Shown: in pieces, positions 1 to 11,811 of the stretch | Numbering within the stretch: the stretch's first letter is position 1 | Layout of the letters: the number at the start of each line of letters is the position of its first letter | Source of the DNA: Escherichia coli | GTDB lineage: Bacteria > Pseudomonadota > Gammaproteobacteria > Enterobacterales > Enterobacteriaceae | Direction: 5' to 3' (one strand) | Length of the DNA: 64,000 nt | Assembly (NCBI RefSeq): GCF_003334255.1 | Contig: NZ_QOWU01000015.1 | Translations under genes and position numbers: made by a program | Notes under the pieces: model-generated | Told to the model about the DNA's origin: nothing | Database searches by the model: none | Seen by the model: only the letters and a program-made list of their open reading frames with translations

Positions 1-369
1 AAAGTTACGCGCAATTCCGCGCCGCTTCAATTCACTCTTCAGGGCGGGGGTGAATTGGCTGGTAATAAATGACGGACACAGACGGAAACCACGTCGTAGC
101 CAGTGAAATAAACACAAACGTTGGTTAAGCACTGTACCTTCAACCCGGTAGCTACCGTCATAACCAGTCGTCAGTGTGAGTTGATGATAGCGCAGGATCT
201 CCCGTCCTGTTTCGCTGATATCAAGACTGGCAATATCATCATCCACACCATTAAGCTCGCTGAAGGTTGCCATGGTGGCGGTCAACCCCGGCTGAAAGAG
301 CGTCAGCAAGATCTGGCAGCGGCGCTGGGGAGCCGAAAGGACAGATGGTGGAGCAAGCGTAGGCATCAT
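1..369 (-). CDS. csiE: csiE, stationary-phase inducible protein, N-terminal 123 codons only (gene runs off the left edge of the window)
   Basis: Minus-strand translation from ATG at 367-369 reads MMPTLAPPSVLSAPQRRCQILLT... and stays open to position 1. Not in the ORF track because no stop lies in the window. Identity is recalled from the protein sequence. Confidence 0.8.
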   Translation of the reverse strand, partial: MMPTLAPPSVLSAPQRRCQILLTLFQPGLTATMATFSELNGVDDDIASLDISETGREILRYHQLTLTTGYDGSYRVEGTVLNQRLCLFHWLRRGFRLCPSFITSQFTPALKSELKRRGIARNF

Positions 370-559
370 CTGTAGATCTCCCATAAGCATAATTGATAAG
401 AATAGCTAAAGTTTGCTCAAGGAAATGGCGAAGGGAATGCTAATCATCAGAAATGTTGGCAAGCGTCACAGAATTTTTCTCATCTTAAACTGTTCTGACC
501 AGTGGATTAGCATGTCTTAAGGTGGTTTTGTGAATGATTATCGTGCTAGCGATCATGGG

Positions 560-1441
560 TTAGTTCTGCGGATTCAACGCGCTAAGGATAAAGTCCACCA
601 TCTGTTCGCGATAAACATCGCCGTGACGATCGGAAAAAGCATCAATGTGTTCGCCATCCGGGATTAGAATCAACCGTTTTGGCTCTTTTGCCAGGCTATA
701 CAACTTTTCGCTGTGCTGCCATGGGATAACGTGATCGGCTTTACCGTGAATGAGTAAAAGCGGGATCGGGCTGACGCTGGCGATGTAATTTTCGCCACTG
801 TAACTCTCATCAAGTAAGTAGCCACTGCCGGGGATCATCTGGTTGGCGATGGTTGCATAAGAGGCAAATGTGGAGTCGAGGATCACCGCACGTATGCCTT
901 CACGATCACCCTGACCAATAACAGCAAGAATATTCGCCCCGCCAATACTCTGCCCGAACAGCACCAGCCGTTGTGGGTTTACATCACTGCGATGGCGCAC
1001 CACATTGATGGCGCTTTGCGTATCGTCCAGCAATCCGGCCTGGGACGGCGTGCCTTTTGATTTACCAAACCCGTGATAATCAAACATAAAAACGTTGAAA
1101 TTACGCTCGGGTAACCAACTGACCAGCGGCCAGTGGGCGGACATATTTCCGGCATTGCCGTGAGCATGAATGATGGTTGCGATAGCGTTGTCAGCAGGGC
1201 CCGTCGAAGAAGGAATAAACCAGCCTTGCAGACGAGTACCGTCCTTAGCCGTAAATTCGACGGATTCCGCCGACCAGGGGTCGGGACCGTAAAGTTTATC
1301 GTCAGGATAATAGAAGAAGTTGATGGCAACGCGCGGCACTAAATAAACGCAGAAGGCAACAACAAAGAGAATAAACAGAATTTTGAGAACGCGTTTGTTC
1401 ACTGGCAGTGCCATAACCTTTCCTTGCGACTTCTTTATCAT
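560..1441 (-). CDS. yfhR: YfhR, membrane-anchored alpha/beta-hydrolase (S9-like peptidase fold)
   Basis: 293-aa ORF with an N-terminal TM segment and a GQSIGG nucleophile-elbow motif. An alternative start at 1414 (MALPVNK) would give 284 aa. Confidence 0.85.
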   Translation of the reverse strand: MIKKSQGKVMALPVNKRVLKILFILFVVAFCVYLVPRVAINFFYYPDDKLYGPDPWSAESVEFTAKDGTRLQGWFIPSSTGPADNAIATIIHAHGNAGNMSAHWPLVSWLPERNFNVFMFDYHGFGKSKGTPSQAGLLDDTQSAINVVRHRSDVNPQRLVLFGQSIGGANILAVIGQGDREGIRAVILDSTFASYATIANQMIPGSGYLLDESYSGENYIASVSPIPLLLIHGKADHVIPWQHSEKLYSLAKEPKRLILIPDGEHIDAFSDRHGDVYREQMVDFILSALNPQN

Positions 1442-1558
1442 CCATTAATCGGGGAAAGATGGTGGGAGAGTGACGAAAGAAAGTAAAGCAGTGAGGAAGT
1501 ATTTCGGAATAGCGCCTGAAAGGCGAGGGCGGGTGAGTGATATCACCCGCCTGAGTCA

Positions 1559-2362
1559 TTAACGCTTCAGAGCGTCGCTTAACTCGTCACGCATGTTCGC
1601 CAGCATGGCTTTAACAACGCGCGGGTTACCAGCAACGATGTTACCGGTCAGCATATAGTTATGACCACCGGTGAAGTCGCTGACGATGCCGCCCGCTTCA
1701 CGAACCAGCAGCTCGCCTGCAGCGAAGTCCCACGGGCGCAGACCGATTTCAAAGAAACCGTCAACACGACCCGCAGCGACGTAAGCCAGATCCAGCGCCG
1801 CAGAACCGGTACGACGGAAGTCTGCACATTCGTTGAATAGTTTGCCGACGATGTTGATGTAGGTAGTGGCGTACTGTTTGGCTTTGAACGGGAAGCCGGT
1901 CGCCAGAATAGTACCGTCGAGATCGCGAGCGGTGCTGCCGCGCAGACGGTAGCCGTTCAGCTGTGCGCCCTGACCGCGAGTGGCGGTGAACAGTTCGTTA
2001 CGCATAGGATCGTATACCACAGCAACTTCGGTGCGGCCTTTGATACGAACAGCGATAGATACCGCGAAGTGCGGCAGACGTTTGATAAAGTTGGTAGTGC
2101 CATCCAGTGGATCGATAACCCATTGAACATCCTGATCAGTACCTTCAAGTTCACCGCTTTCTTCGGTGATGATGGTGTGCTGTGGGTAAGATTTACGAAT
2201 CGTGTCGATAATCACCGCTTCGGCAGCTTTATCTACGTTGGTCACGAAATCGTTACTGCCTTTCTGGCTCGCTTCTACAGCGTCCGGGGTTTCATAGTTT
2301 TTGGCAATTAAATTACCCGCCTTGCGCGCTGCGCGCACGGCGATGTTCAGCATCGGATGCAT
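1559..2362 (-). CDS. suhB: SuhB inositol monophosphatase
   Basis: 267-aa ORF with the IMPase motif WVIDPLDGTTNF; position divergent from trmJ. Confidence 0.95.
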   Translation of the reverse strand: MHPMLNIAVRAARKAGNLIAKNYETPDAVEASQKGSNDFVTNVDKAAEAVIIDTIRKSYPQHTIITEESGELEGTDQDVQWVIDPLDGTTNFIKRLPHFAVSIAVRIKGRTEVAVVYDPMRNELFTATRGQGAQLNGYRLRGSTARDLDGTILATGFPFKAKQYATTYINIVGKLFNECADFRRTGSAALDLAYVAAGRVDGFFEIGLRPWDFAAGELLVREAGGIVSDFTGGHNYMLTGNIVAGNPRVVKAMLANMRDELSDALKR

Positions 2363-2480
2363 CGGTCTCTCTCACTGGATGTTAAAGAACGGGAAAACGG
2401 CGCAGAGTATAGCAGCGAGATCGGCATCTGTCTTCGTTTTATGATAAGATGCGTGAATAATCTTTAGATGAAGAAAGACA

Positions 2481-3221
2481 ATGCTGCAAAATATTCGAAT
2501 TGTGCTGGTGGAGACGTCACACACCGGCAATATGGGTTCTGTTGCCCGTGCCATGAAAACAATGGGATTAACCAATCTGTGGCTGGTTAATCCACTGGTG
2601 AAACCCGACTCCCAGGCGATTGCCCTGGCAGCAGGGGCCAGCGATGTGATTGGTAATGCTCACATCGTCGATACGCTCGACGAAGCGTTAGCCGGTTGTA
2701 GCCTGGTGGTGGGCACCAGCGCACGTTCCCGCACGCTGCCATGGCCGATGCTCGACCCGCGCGAATGCGGCCTGAAAAGCGTCGCTGAAGCGGCAAATAC
2801 CCCGGTGGCGCTGGTGTTTGGTCGCGAGCGCGTCGGCTTGACCAATGAAGAGTTGCAGAAATGCCATTATCATGTCGCGATTGCGGCTAACCCGGAATAC
2901 AGCTCGCTGAACCTGGCGATGGCGGTTCAGGTTATTGCCTATGAAGTGCGCATGGCCTGGCTGGCAACTCAGGAAAACGGCGAGCAGGTCGAGCATGAAG
3001 AGACGCCGTATCCGCTGGTCGATGATCTGGAGCGTTTTTATGGTCATCTGGAACAAACGCTGCTGGCAACCGGTTTTATCCGTGAAAACCATCCGGGGCA
3101 GGTGATGAATAAATTGCGCCGTCTGTTTACCCGTGCGCGCCCGGAAAGCCAGGAGTTGAATATCCTGCGCGGGATTCTGGCTTCTATTGAGCAGCAGAAT
3201 AAAGGTAACAAGGCCGAATAA
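2481..3221 (+). CDS. trmJ: TrmJ tRNA (Cm32/Um32) 2'-O-methyltransferase
   Basis: 246-aa SpoU-family ORF immediately upstream of iscR. Confidence 0.95.
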
Positions 3222-3403
<182 letters not shown>

Positions 3404-3471
3404 CAACAGGTACAAACGCCACGATAAAAAAATGGCACTGAAGGTTAAATACCCGACTAAATCAGTCAAGT

Positions 3472-3545
3472 AAATAGTTGACCAATTTACTCGGAAATGT
3501 CAGACTTGACCCTGCTATGCAATACCCCCACTTTTACAATAAAAA
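3472..3545 (+). promoter_or_regulatory. iscR promoter region with putative IscR type-1 operator
   Basis: aaatagttgaccaatttactcggaaatgtcag resembles the IscR type-1 site; TTGACC hexamers at 3478-3483 and 3506-3511; lies 40-110 nt upstream of iscR. Exact site boundaries are not determinable by eye. Confidence 0.5.
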
Positions 3546-3581
3546 ACCCCGGGCAGGGGCGAGTTTGAGGTGAAGTAAGAC

Positions 3582-4070
3582 ATGAGACTGACATCTAAAG
3601 GGCGCTATGCCGTGACCGCAATGCTTGACGTTGCGCTCAACTCTGAAGCGGGCCCGGTACCGTTGGCTGATATTTCCGAACGTCAGGGAATTTCCCTTTC
3701 TTATCTGGAACAACTGTTTTCCCGTCTGCGTAAAAATGGTCTGGTTTCCAGCGTACGTGGACCAGGCGGTGGTTATCTGTTAGGCAAAGATGCCAGCAGC
3801 ATCGCCGTTGGCGAAGTAATTAGCGCCGTTGACGAATCTGTAGATGCCACCCGTTGTCAGGGTAAAGGCGGCTGCCAGGGCGGCGATAAATGCCTGACCC
3901 ACGCGCTGTGGCGTGATTTGAGCGACCGTCTCACCGGTTTTCTCAACAACATTACTTTAGGCGAACTGGTTAATAACCAGGAAGTGCTGGATGTGTCTGG
4001 TCGTCAGCATACTCACGACGCGCCACGCACCCGCACACAAGACGCGATCGACGTTAAGTTACGCGCTTAA
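3582..4070 (+). CDS. iscR: IscR, Rrf2-family Fe-S cluster regulator
   Basis: 162-aa ORF with N-terminal HTH and the cluster-ligand region [13 protein letters not shown]. Confidence 0.97.
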
Positions 4071-4181
4071 TAAAAAGAATTCAGAATCAGGCCGGAGTGC
4101 TAAATACTCCGTAAACACGGTCGTACATCCAGCCGGTAGCCTGATTCCTTGCATTGAGTGATGTACGGAGTTTATAGAGCA

Positions 4182-5396
4182 ATGAAATTACCGATTTATC
4201 TCGACTACTCCGCAACCACGCCGGTGGACCCGCGTGTTGCCGAGAAAATGATGCAGTTCATGACGATGGACGGAACCTTTGGTAACCCGGCCTCTCGTTC
4301 TCACCGTTTCGGCTGGCAGGCTGAAGAAGCGGTAGATATCGCCCGTAATCAGATTGCCGATCTGGTCGGCGCTGATCCGCGTGAAATCGTCTTTACCTCT
4401 GGTGCAACCGAATCTGACAACCTGGCGATCAAAGGTGCAGCCAACTTTTATCAGAAAAAAGGCAAGCACATCATCACCAGCAAAACCGAACACAAAGCGG
4501 TACTGGATACCTGCCGTCAGCTGGAGCGCGAAGGTTTTGAAGTCACCTACCTGGCACCGCAGCGTAACGGCATTATCGACCTGAAAGAACTTGAAGCAGC
4601 GATGCGTGACGACACCATCCTTGTTTCCATCATGCACGTAAATAACGAAATCGGCGTGGTGCAGGATATCGCGGCTATCGGCGAAATGTGCCGTGCTCGT
4701 GGCATTATCTATCACGTTGATGCAACCCAGAGCGTGGGCAAACTGCCTATCGACCTGAGCCAGTTGAAAGTTGACCTGATGTCTTTCTCCGGTCACAAAA
4801 TCTATGGCCCGAAAGGTATCGGTGCGCTGTATGTACGTCGTAAACCGCGCGTACGCATCGAAGCGCAAATGCACGGCGGCGGTCACGAGCGCGGTATGCG
4901 TTCCGGCACTCTGCCTGTTCACCAGATCGTCGGAATGGGCGAGGCCTATCGCATCGCAAAAGAAGAGATGGCGACCGAGATGGAACGTCTGCGCGGCCTG
5001 CGTAACCGTCTGTGGAACGGCATCAAAGATATCGAAGAAGTTTACCTGAACGGTGACCTGGAACACGGTGCGCCGAACATTCTCAACGTCAGCTTCAACT
5101 ACGTTGAAGGTGAGTCGCTGATTATGGCGCTGAAAGACCTCGCAGTTTCTTCAGGTTCCGCCTGTACGTCAGCAAGCCTCGAACCGTCCTACGTGCTGCG
5201 CGCGCTGGGGCTGAACGACGAGCTGGCACATAGCTCTATCCGTTTCTCTTTAGGTCGTTTTACTACTGAAGAAGAGATCGACTACACCATCGAGTTAGTT
5301 CGTAAATCCATCGGTCGTCTGCGTGACCTTTCTCCGCTGTGGGAAATGTACAAGCAGGGCGTGGATCTGAACAGCATCGAATGGGCTCATCATTAA
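4182..5396 (+). CDS. iscS: IscS cysteine desulfurase
   Basis: Start [14 protein letters not shown] at 4182; PLP-lysine motif SFSGHK; active-site SSGSACTS. The track ORF begins 8 codons upstream. Confidence 0.97.
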
Positions 5397-5423
5397 TCGG
5401 TATCGGAATCAGGAGAATTTATA

Positions 5424-5810
5424 ATGGCTTACAGCGAAAAAGTTATCGACCATTACGAGAATCCGCGTAACGTGGGTTCCTTTGACAACAACGACGAGAA
5501 CGTCGGCAGCGGCATGGTGGGGGCACCGGCCTGTGGCGACGTGATGAAGTTGCAGATTAAAGTCAACGATGAAGGTATCATTGAAGACGCGCGTTTTAAA
5601 ACTTACGGCTGCGGTTCTGCTATCGCTTCCAGCTCCCTGGTCACCGAATGGGTGAAAGGGAAGTCTCTCGACGAAGCGCAGGCGATCAAAAATACCGATA
5701 TTGCTGAAGAACTTGAACTGCCGCCGGTGAAAATTCACTGTTCTATTCTGGCAGAAGACGCGATCAAAGCCGCCATTGCGGACTATAAAAGCAAACGTGA
5801 AGCAAAATAA
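5424..5810 (+). CDS. iscU: IscU Fe-S scaffold
   Basis: 128-aa ORF with the conserved cysteines (GAPACGDVM, YGCGSAIAS, HCS) and the LPPVK motif. Confidence 0.97.
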   Translation: MAYSEKVIDHYENPRNVGSFDNNDENVGSGMVGAPACGDVMKLQIKVNDEGIIEDARFKTYGCGSAIASSSLVTEWVKGKSLDEAQAIKNTDIAEELELPPVKIHCSILAEDAIKAAIADYKSKREAK

Positions 5811-5826
5811 GAGTTGAGGTTTGGTT

Positions 5827-6150
5827 ATGTCGATTACACTGAGCGACAGTGCAGCAGCGCGAGTAAATACCTTTCTGGCTAACCGCGGCAAAGGGTTTGG
5901 CCTGCGTCTGGGCGTGAGAACCTCCGGATGTTCAGGTATGGCTTATGTACTGGAATTTGTTGACGAACCGACGCCGGAAGACATCGTGTTTGAAGACAAA
6001 GGCGTGAAAGTCGTGGTCGATGGCAAAAGCCTGCAATTTCTGGACGGTACGCAGCTGGACTTCGTAAAAGAAGGCCTGAACGAAGGGTTTAAATTCACCA
6101 ACCCGAACGTCAAAGATGAGTGTGGTTGCGGCGAAAGCTTCCACGTTTGA
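5827..6150 (+). CDS. iscA: IscA A-type Fe-S carrier
   Basis: 107 aa from ATG 5827 (MSITLSD...); C-terminal CGCGESF motif. Confidence 0.95.
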   Translation: MSITLSDSAAARVNTFLANRGKGFGLRLGVRTSGCSGMAYVLEFVDEPTPEDIVFEDKGVKVVVDGKSLQFLDGTQLDFVKEGLNEGFKFTNPNVKDECGCGESFHV

Positions 6151-6245
6151 TGCGCATACCGATAACCCCACCGTGGTCGCCTGCGCGTGGGGTTTGTTTT
6201 ACCTGATTCGCCGTTATCGCGGCGGATCGCAGCCCTGAGAATGTT

Positions 6246-6761
6246 ATGGATTACTTCACCCTCTTTGGCTTGCCTGCCCGTTATCAACTCGATACCCAGG
6301 CGCTGAGCCTGCGTTTTCAGGATCTACAACGTCAGTATCATCCTGATAAATTCGCCAGCGGAAGCCAGGCGGAACAACTCGCCGCCGTACAGCAATCTGC
6401 AACCATTAACCAGGCCTGGCAAACGCTGCGTCATCCGTTAATGCGCGCGGAATATTTGCTTTCTTTGCACGGCTTTGATCTCGCCAGCGAGCAGCATACT
6501 GTGCGCGACACCGCGTTCCTGATGGAACAGTTGGAGCTGCGCGAAGAGCTGGACGAGATCGAACAGGCGAAAGATGAAGCGCGGCTGGAAAGCTTTATCA
6601 AACGTGTGAAAAAGATGTTTGATACCCGCCATCAGTTGATGGTTGAACAGTTAGACAACGAGACGTGGGACGCGGCGGCGGATACCGTGCGTAAGCTGCG
6701 TTTTCTCGATAAACTGCGAAGCAGTGCCGAACAACTCGAAGAAAAACTGCTCGATTTTTAA
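6246..6761 (+). CDS. hscB: HscB J-type co-chaperone
   Basis: 171-aa ORF with the J-domain HPD motif (QYHPDKF). Confidence 0.95.
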
Positions 6762-6777
6762 TTTCTGGAAGCTAAAC

Positions 6778-8628
6778 ATGGCCTTATTACAAATTAGTGA
6801 ACCTGGTTTGAGTGCTGCGCCGCATCAGCGTCGTCTGGCGGCCGGTATTGACCTGGGCACAACCAACTCGCTGGTGGCGACAGTGCGCAGCGGTCAGGCC
6901 GAAACGTTAGCCGATCATGAAGGCCGTCACCTGCTGCCATCTGTTGTTCACTATCAACAGCAAGGGCATTCGGTGGGTTATGACGCGCGTACTAATGCAG
7001 CGCTCGATACCGCCAACACAATTAGTTCTGTTAAACGCCTGATGGGACGCTCGCTGGCTGATATCCAGCAACGCTATCCGCATCTGCCTTATCAATTCCA
7101 GGCCAGCGAAAACGGCCTGCCGATGATTGAAACGGCGGCGGGGCTGCTGAACCCGGTGCGCGTTTCTGCGGACATCCTCAAAGCACTGGCGGCGCGGGCA
7201 ACTGAAGCCCTGGCAGGCGAGCTGGATGGTGTAGTTATCACCGTTCCGGCGTACTTTGACGATGCCCAGCGTCAGGGCACCAAAGACGCGGCGCGTCTGG
7301 CGGGCCTTCACGTCCTGCGCTTACTTAACGAACCGACCGCTGCGGCTATCGCCTACGGGCTGGATTCCGGTCAGGAAGGCGTGATCGCCGTTTATGACCT
7401 CGGTGGCGGGACGTTTGATATTTCCATTCTGCGCTTAAGTCGCGGCGTGTTTGAAGTGCTGGCAACCGGCGGTGATTCCGCGCTCGGCGGCGATGATTTC
7501 GACCATCTGCTGGCGGATTACATTCGCGAGCAGGCGGGCATTCCTGATCGTAGCGATAACCGCGTTCAGCGTGAACTGCTGGATGCCGCCATTGCAGCCA
7601 AAATCGCGCTGAGCGATGCGGACTCCGTGACCGTTAACGTTGCGGGCTGGCAGGGCGAAATCAGCCGTGAACAATTCAATGAACTGATCGCGCCACTGGT
7701 AAAACGAACCTTACTGGCTTGTCGTCGCGCGCTGAAAGACGCGGGTGTAGAAGCTGATGAAGTGCTGGAAGTGGTGATGGTGGGCGGTTCTACTCGCGTG
7801 CCGCTGGTGCGTGAACGGGTAGGCGAATTTTTCGGTCGTCCACCGCTGACTTCCATCGACCCGGATAAAGTCGTCGCTATTGGCGCGGCGATTCAGGCGG
7901 ATATTCTGGTGGGTAACAAGCCAGACAGCGAAATGCTGTTGCTTGATGTGATCCCACTGTCGCTGGGCCTCGAAACGATGGGCGGCCTGGTGGAGAAAGT
8001 GATTCCGCGTAATACCACTATTCCGGTGGCCCGCGCTCAGGATTTCACCACCTTTAAAGATGGTCAGACGGCGATGTCTATCCATGTAATGCAGGGTGAG
8101 CGCGAACTGGTGCAGGACTGCCGCTCACTGGCGCGTTTTGCGCTGCGTGGTATTCCGGCGCTACCGGCTGGCGGTGCGCATATTCGCGTGACGTTCCAGG
8201 TCGATGCCGACGGTCTTTTGAGCGTGACGGCGATGGAGAAATCCACCGGCGTTGAGGCGTCTATTCAGGTCAAACCGTCTTACGGTCTGACCGATAGCGA
8301 AATCGCTTCGATGATCAAAGACTCAATGAGCTATGCCGAGCAGGACGTAAAAGCCCGAATGCTGGCAGAACAAAAAGTAGAAGCGGCGCGTGTGCTGGAA
8401 AGTCTGCACGGCGCGCTGGCTGCTGATGCCGCGCTGTTAAGCGCCGCAGAACGTCAGGTCATTGACGATGCTGCCGCTCACCTGAGTGAAGTGGCGCAGG
8501 GCGATGATGTTGACGCCATCGAACAAGCGATTAAAAACGTAGACAAACAAACCCAGGATTTCGCCGCTCGCCGCATGGACCAGTCGGTTCGTCGTGCGCT
8601 GAAAGGCCATTCCGTGGACGAGGTTTAA
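6778..8628 (+). CDS. hscA: HscA Hsp70-type chaperone
   Basis: 616 aa from ATG 6778 ([10 protein letters not shown]); Hsp70 signatures IDLGTTNS and DLGGGTFD. Confidence 0.95.
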
Positions 8629-8629
8629 T

Positions 8630-8965
8630 ATGCCAAAGATTGTTATTTTGCCTCATCAGGATCTCTGCCCTGATGGCGCTGTTCTGGAAGCTAATAGCGG
8701 TGAAACCATTCTCGACGCAGCTCTGCGTAACGGTATCGAGATTGAACACGCCTGTGAAAAATCCTGTGCTTGCACCACCTGCCACTGCATCGTTCGTGAA
8801 GGTTTTGACTCACTGCCGGAAAGCTCAGAGCAGGAAGACGACATGCTGGACAAAGCCTGGGGACTGGAGCCGGAAAGCCGTTTAAGCTGCCAGGCGCGCG
8901 TTACCGACGAAGATTTAGTAGTCGAAATCCCGCGTTACACTATCAACCATGCGCGTGAGCATTAA
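8630..8965 (+). CDS. fdx: Fdx [2Fe-2S] ferredoxin
   Basis: 111-aa ORF with the [12 protein letters not shown] cysteine cluster; start is 2 nt after the hscA stop. Confidence 0.95.
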
Positions 8966-8976
8966 CAGAGGTTAGT

Positions 8977-9177
8977 ATGGGACTTAAGTGGACCGATAGC
9001 CGCGAAATTGGCGAAGCACTGTACGATGCGTATCCCGATCTTGATCCGAAAACGGTTCGATTCACCGATATGCATCAGTGGATTTGCGATCTGGAAGATT
9101 TCGACGACGACCCGCAGGCATCCAACGAGAAAATCCTCGAAGCGATTTTGTTAGTCTGGCTGGACGAGGCCGAATAA
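8977..9177 (+). CDS. iscX: IscX (YfhJ)
   Basis: 66-aa acidic ORF directly downstream of fdx. Confidence 0.9.
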
Positions 9178-9354
9178 TTTCCGCGTCATGCTTCACGCCG
9201 CAGATGCGTTGGCTGCGCTCGTTCACCCCAGTCACATAGTTATCTATGCTCCTGGGGCTTCACTCACTTGCCGCCTTCCTGCAACGCGAATCATTTAGCG
9301 GAAAAATCCTGGGGCTGCCAACTGGCGGCCCTTTTACAAAGAAGGATAACTAAA

Positions 9355-10638
9355 ATGACAGAAGCGATGAAGATTACCCTCTCTACCCAACCTGCCGACG
9401 CGCGCTGGGGAGAAAAAGCAACTTACAGCATTAATAATGACGGCATTACCCTGCATTTGAACGGGGCAGACGATCTGGGGCTGATCCAGCGTGCGGCGCG
9501 CAAGATTGACGGTCTGGGCATCAAGCATGTTCAGTTAAGCGGTGAAGGCTGGGATGCGGATCGCTGCTGGGCATTCTGGCAAGGTTACAAAGCCCCGAAA
9601 GGCACGCGTAAAGTGGTGTGGCCGGATCTGGACGATGCCCAGCGCCAGGAACTGGATAACCGCCTGATGATCATCGACTGGGTGCGTGACACCATCAACG
9701 CACCGGCAGAAGAATTGGGACCATCGCAACTGGCACAGCGTGCTGTTGATCTGATCAGCAACGTCGCGGGCGATCGTGTGACTTATCGGATCACCAAAGG
9801 CGAAGATCTGCGTGAGCAAGGTTATATGGGGCTGCACACAGTCGGACGCGGTTCAGAACGTTCTCCGGTATTGCTGGCGCTGGATTACAACCCAACTGGC
9901 GATAAAGAAGCGCCAGTGTACGCGTGCCTGGTAGGTAAAGGTATCACTTTTGACTCCGGCGGCTACAGCATCAAACAGACTGCGTTTATGGACTCGATGA
10001 AGTCGGACATGGGCGGCGCGGCAACGGTTACCGGGGCGCTGGCATTTGCCATTACGCGCGGACTGAACAAGCGCGTGAAGCTGTTCCTCTGCTGTGCGGA
10101 TAACCTGATTAGCGGCAATGCGTTCAAGCTGGGCGATATCATCACCTATCGCAACGGTAAAAAAGTTGAAGTGATGAACACTGATGCCGAAGGGCGTCTG
10201 GTGCTTGCCGATGGTCTGATTGATGCCAGTGCGCAGAAACCGGAAATGATCATTGATGCGGCGACCCTCACCGGGGCGGCGAAAACTGCGCTGGGTAATG
10301 ATTATCACGCGCTGTTCAGTTTTGACGATGCGCTGGCCGGTCGCTTGCTGGCGAGTGCCGCGCAGGAGAACGAACCGTTCTGGCGTCTGCCGCTGGCGGA
10401 GTTCCACCGCAGCCAGCTGCCGTCTAACTTTGCCGAACTGAACAATACCGGAAGCGCGGCGTATCCGGCAGGCGCGAGCACGGCGGCGGGCTTCCTGTCG
10501 CACTTTGTTGAGAACTATCAGCAAGGCTGGCTGCATATCGACTGCTCGGCGACTTACCGTAAAGCGCCGGTTGAACAGTGGTCTGCGGGCGCTACGGGAC
10601 TTGGTGTGCGCACGATAGCTAATCTGTTAACGGCGTAA
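9355..10638 (+). CDS. pepB: PepB aminopeptidase B (M17 family)
   Basis: 427 aa from ATG 9355 ([10 protein letters not shown]); M17 signature NTDAEGRL. Confidence 0.95.
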
Positions 10639-10646
10639 ACTAATAT

Positions 10647-10744
<98 letters not shown>

Positions 10745-10779
10745 TTTGCGCCCCGAACGTTGAATGAATTGTGGTTCTT

Positions 10780-11556
10780 ATGTCCGAAACAAAAAACGAA
10801 CTTGAAGACCTGCTGGAAAAAGCAGCAACTGAACCGGCGCACCGCCCGGCCTTTTTCCGTACTCTACTGGAATCCACCGTCTGGGTGCCTGGTACGGCGG
10901 CGCAGGGCGAGGCTGTGGTTGAAGATAGCGCGCTTGATTTACAGCACTGGGAAAAAGAAGACGGCACCAGCGTCATTCCTTTTTTCACCTCGTTAGAAGC
11001 ACTTCAACAGGCGGTTGAAGACGAACAGGCATTTGTCGTAATGCCCGTTCGCACGCTGTTTGAGATGACACTTGGCGAAACGCTCTTCCTTAATGCCAAA
11101 CTGCCAACCGGTAAAGAATTTATGTCGCGTGAAATCAGTTTGTTGATTGGTGAAGAGGGAAATCCGCTGAGCAGCCAGGAAATCCTGGAAGGCGGTGAAT
11201 CGCTGATATTATCGGAAGTCGCAGAGCCGCCAGCACAAATGATTGATTCACTCACCACCTTATTTAAAACCATTAAGCCGGTGAAGCGTGCTTTTATTTG
11301 TTCAATTAAAGAGAACGAAGAGGCACAGCCTAATTTACTTATTGGCATTGAAGCCGATGGTGATATCGAAGAAATTATTCAGGCGACGGGAAGTGTAGCG
11401 ACCGATACATTACCTGGCGATGAACCAATCGATATTTGTCAGGTGAAAAAAGGGGAAAAAGGAATTAGCCACTTTATTACCGAACATATTGCGCCATTCT
11501 ATGAACGTCGCTGGGGTGGTTTTTTGCGTGACTTTAAACAGAATCGGATAATCTAA
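10780..11556 (+). CDS. sseB: SseB (enhanced serine sensitivity protein)
   Basis: 258 aa from ATG 10780 (MSETKNELEDLL). Confidence 0.9.
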   Translation: MSETKNELEDLLEKAATEPAHRPAFFRTLLESTVWVPGTAAQGEAVVEDSALDLQHWEKEDGTSVIPFFTSLEALQQAVEDEQAFVVMPVRTLFEMTLGETLFLNAKLPTGKEFMSREISLLIGEEGNPLSSQEILEGGESLILSEVAEPPAQMIDSLTTLFKTIKPVKRAFICSIKENEEAQPNLLIGIEADGDIEEIIQATGSVATDTLPGDEPIDICQVKKGEKGISHFITEHIAPFYERRWGGFLRDFKQNRII

Positions 11557-11559
11557 AAT

Positions 11560-11580
11560 ATGCCGCCCAAAGGGCGGCAT
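11560..11580. terminator. Stem-loop after sseB; also the candidate 3' end of the minus-strand ryfA-like transcript
   Basis: atgccgccc-aaa-gggcggcat is a perfect 9-bp stem. On the minus strand it is followed by atatttta; the U-tract is weak. Confidence 0.5.
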
Positions 11581-11736
11581 TCGGGCTTACTTGCTGCTCT
11601 GAAGGTTGTTAACCACCAGTAAATTGTCGCCGGAGAGACTCCGGTTATTATTTACCTCGGTTAACAGCGCACCAGAAACAATAAGTACGATACAAAAGCA
11701 CCGTATCTTCATTGTGCGGTCCATGCGAAGACCGCA

Positions 11737-11811
11737 TCACGACAGCACCACTGGCGATATTGCCGCGATAGCAAGCGCTGTGAAACACCTGCATTTACGG
11801 CCACGGAACAT
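11737..11811 (-). CDS. Candidate 24-aa small hydrophobic protein (MFRGRKCRCFTALAIAAISPVVLS), TimP/type-I-toxin-like
   Basis: ATG at 11809-11811 with SD aggaaagg 2 nt upstream; basic N-terminus followed by a 14-residue hydrophobic stretch; an upstream anti-SD (ccctttcc) can pair with the SD. Below the 60-aa cutoff of the ORF track. Confidence 0.3.
   Translation of the reverse strand: MFRGRKCRCFTALAIAAISPVVLS

Noticed and set aside
121-375. 84-aa plus-strand ORF
   Set aside because: It lies antisense to the csiE N-terminal coding sequence, which gives a clear recognisable translation on the minus strand; shadow ORF.
4188-5066. 292-aa minus-strand ORF inside iscS
   Set aside because: Antisense shadow ORF within a well-supported gene; no SD and no recognisable motifs. 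The same applies to other long antisense ORFs such as 2688-3308, 9853-10536, 16048-16578, 20786-21313, 21691-22311, 23942-24520, 24578-25075, 27571-28302, 31646-32401, 32402-33061, 33175-34038, 34063-34638, 44729-45634, 46628-47326 and 62495-63307.
9178-9354. iscX-pepB spacer with ccccag...ctgggg inverted repeats
   Set aside because: Short 6-bp arms with a long loop; most simply the pepB promoter and leader; not enough evidence for a distinct element.
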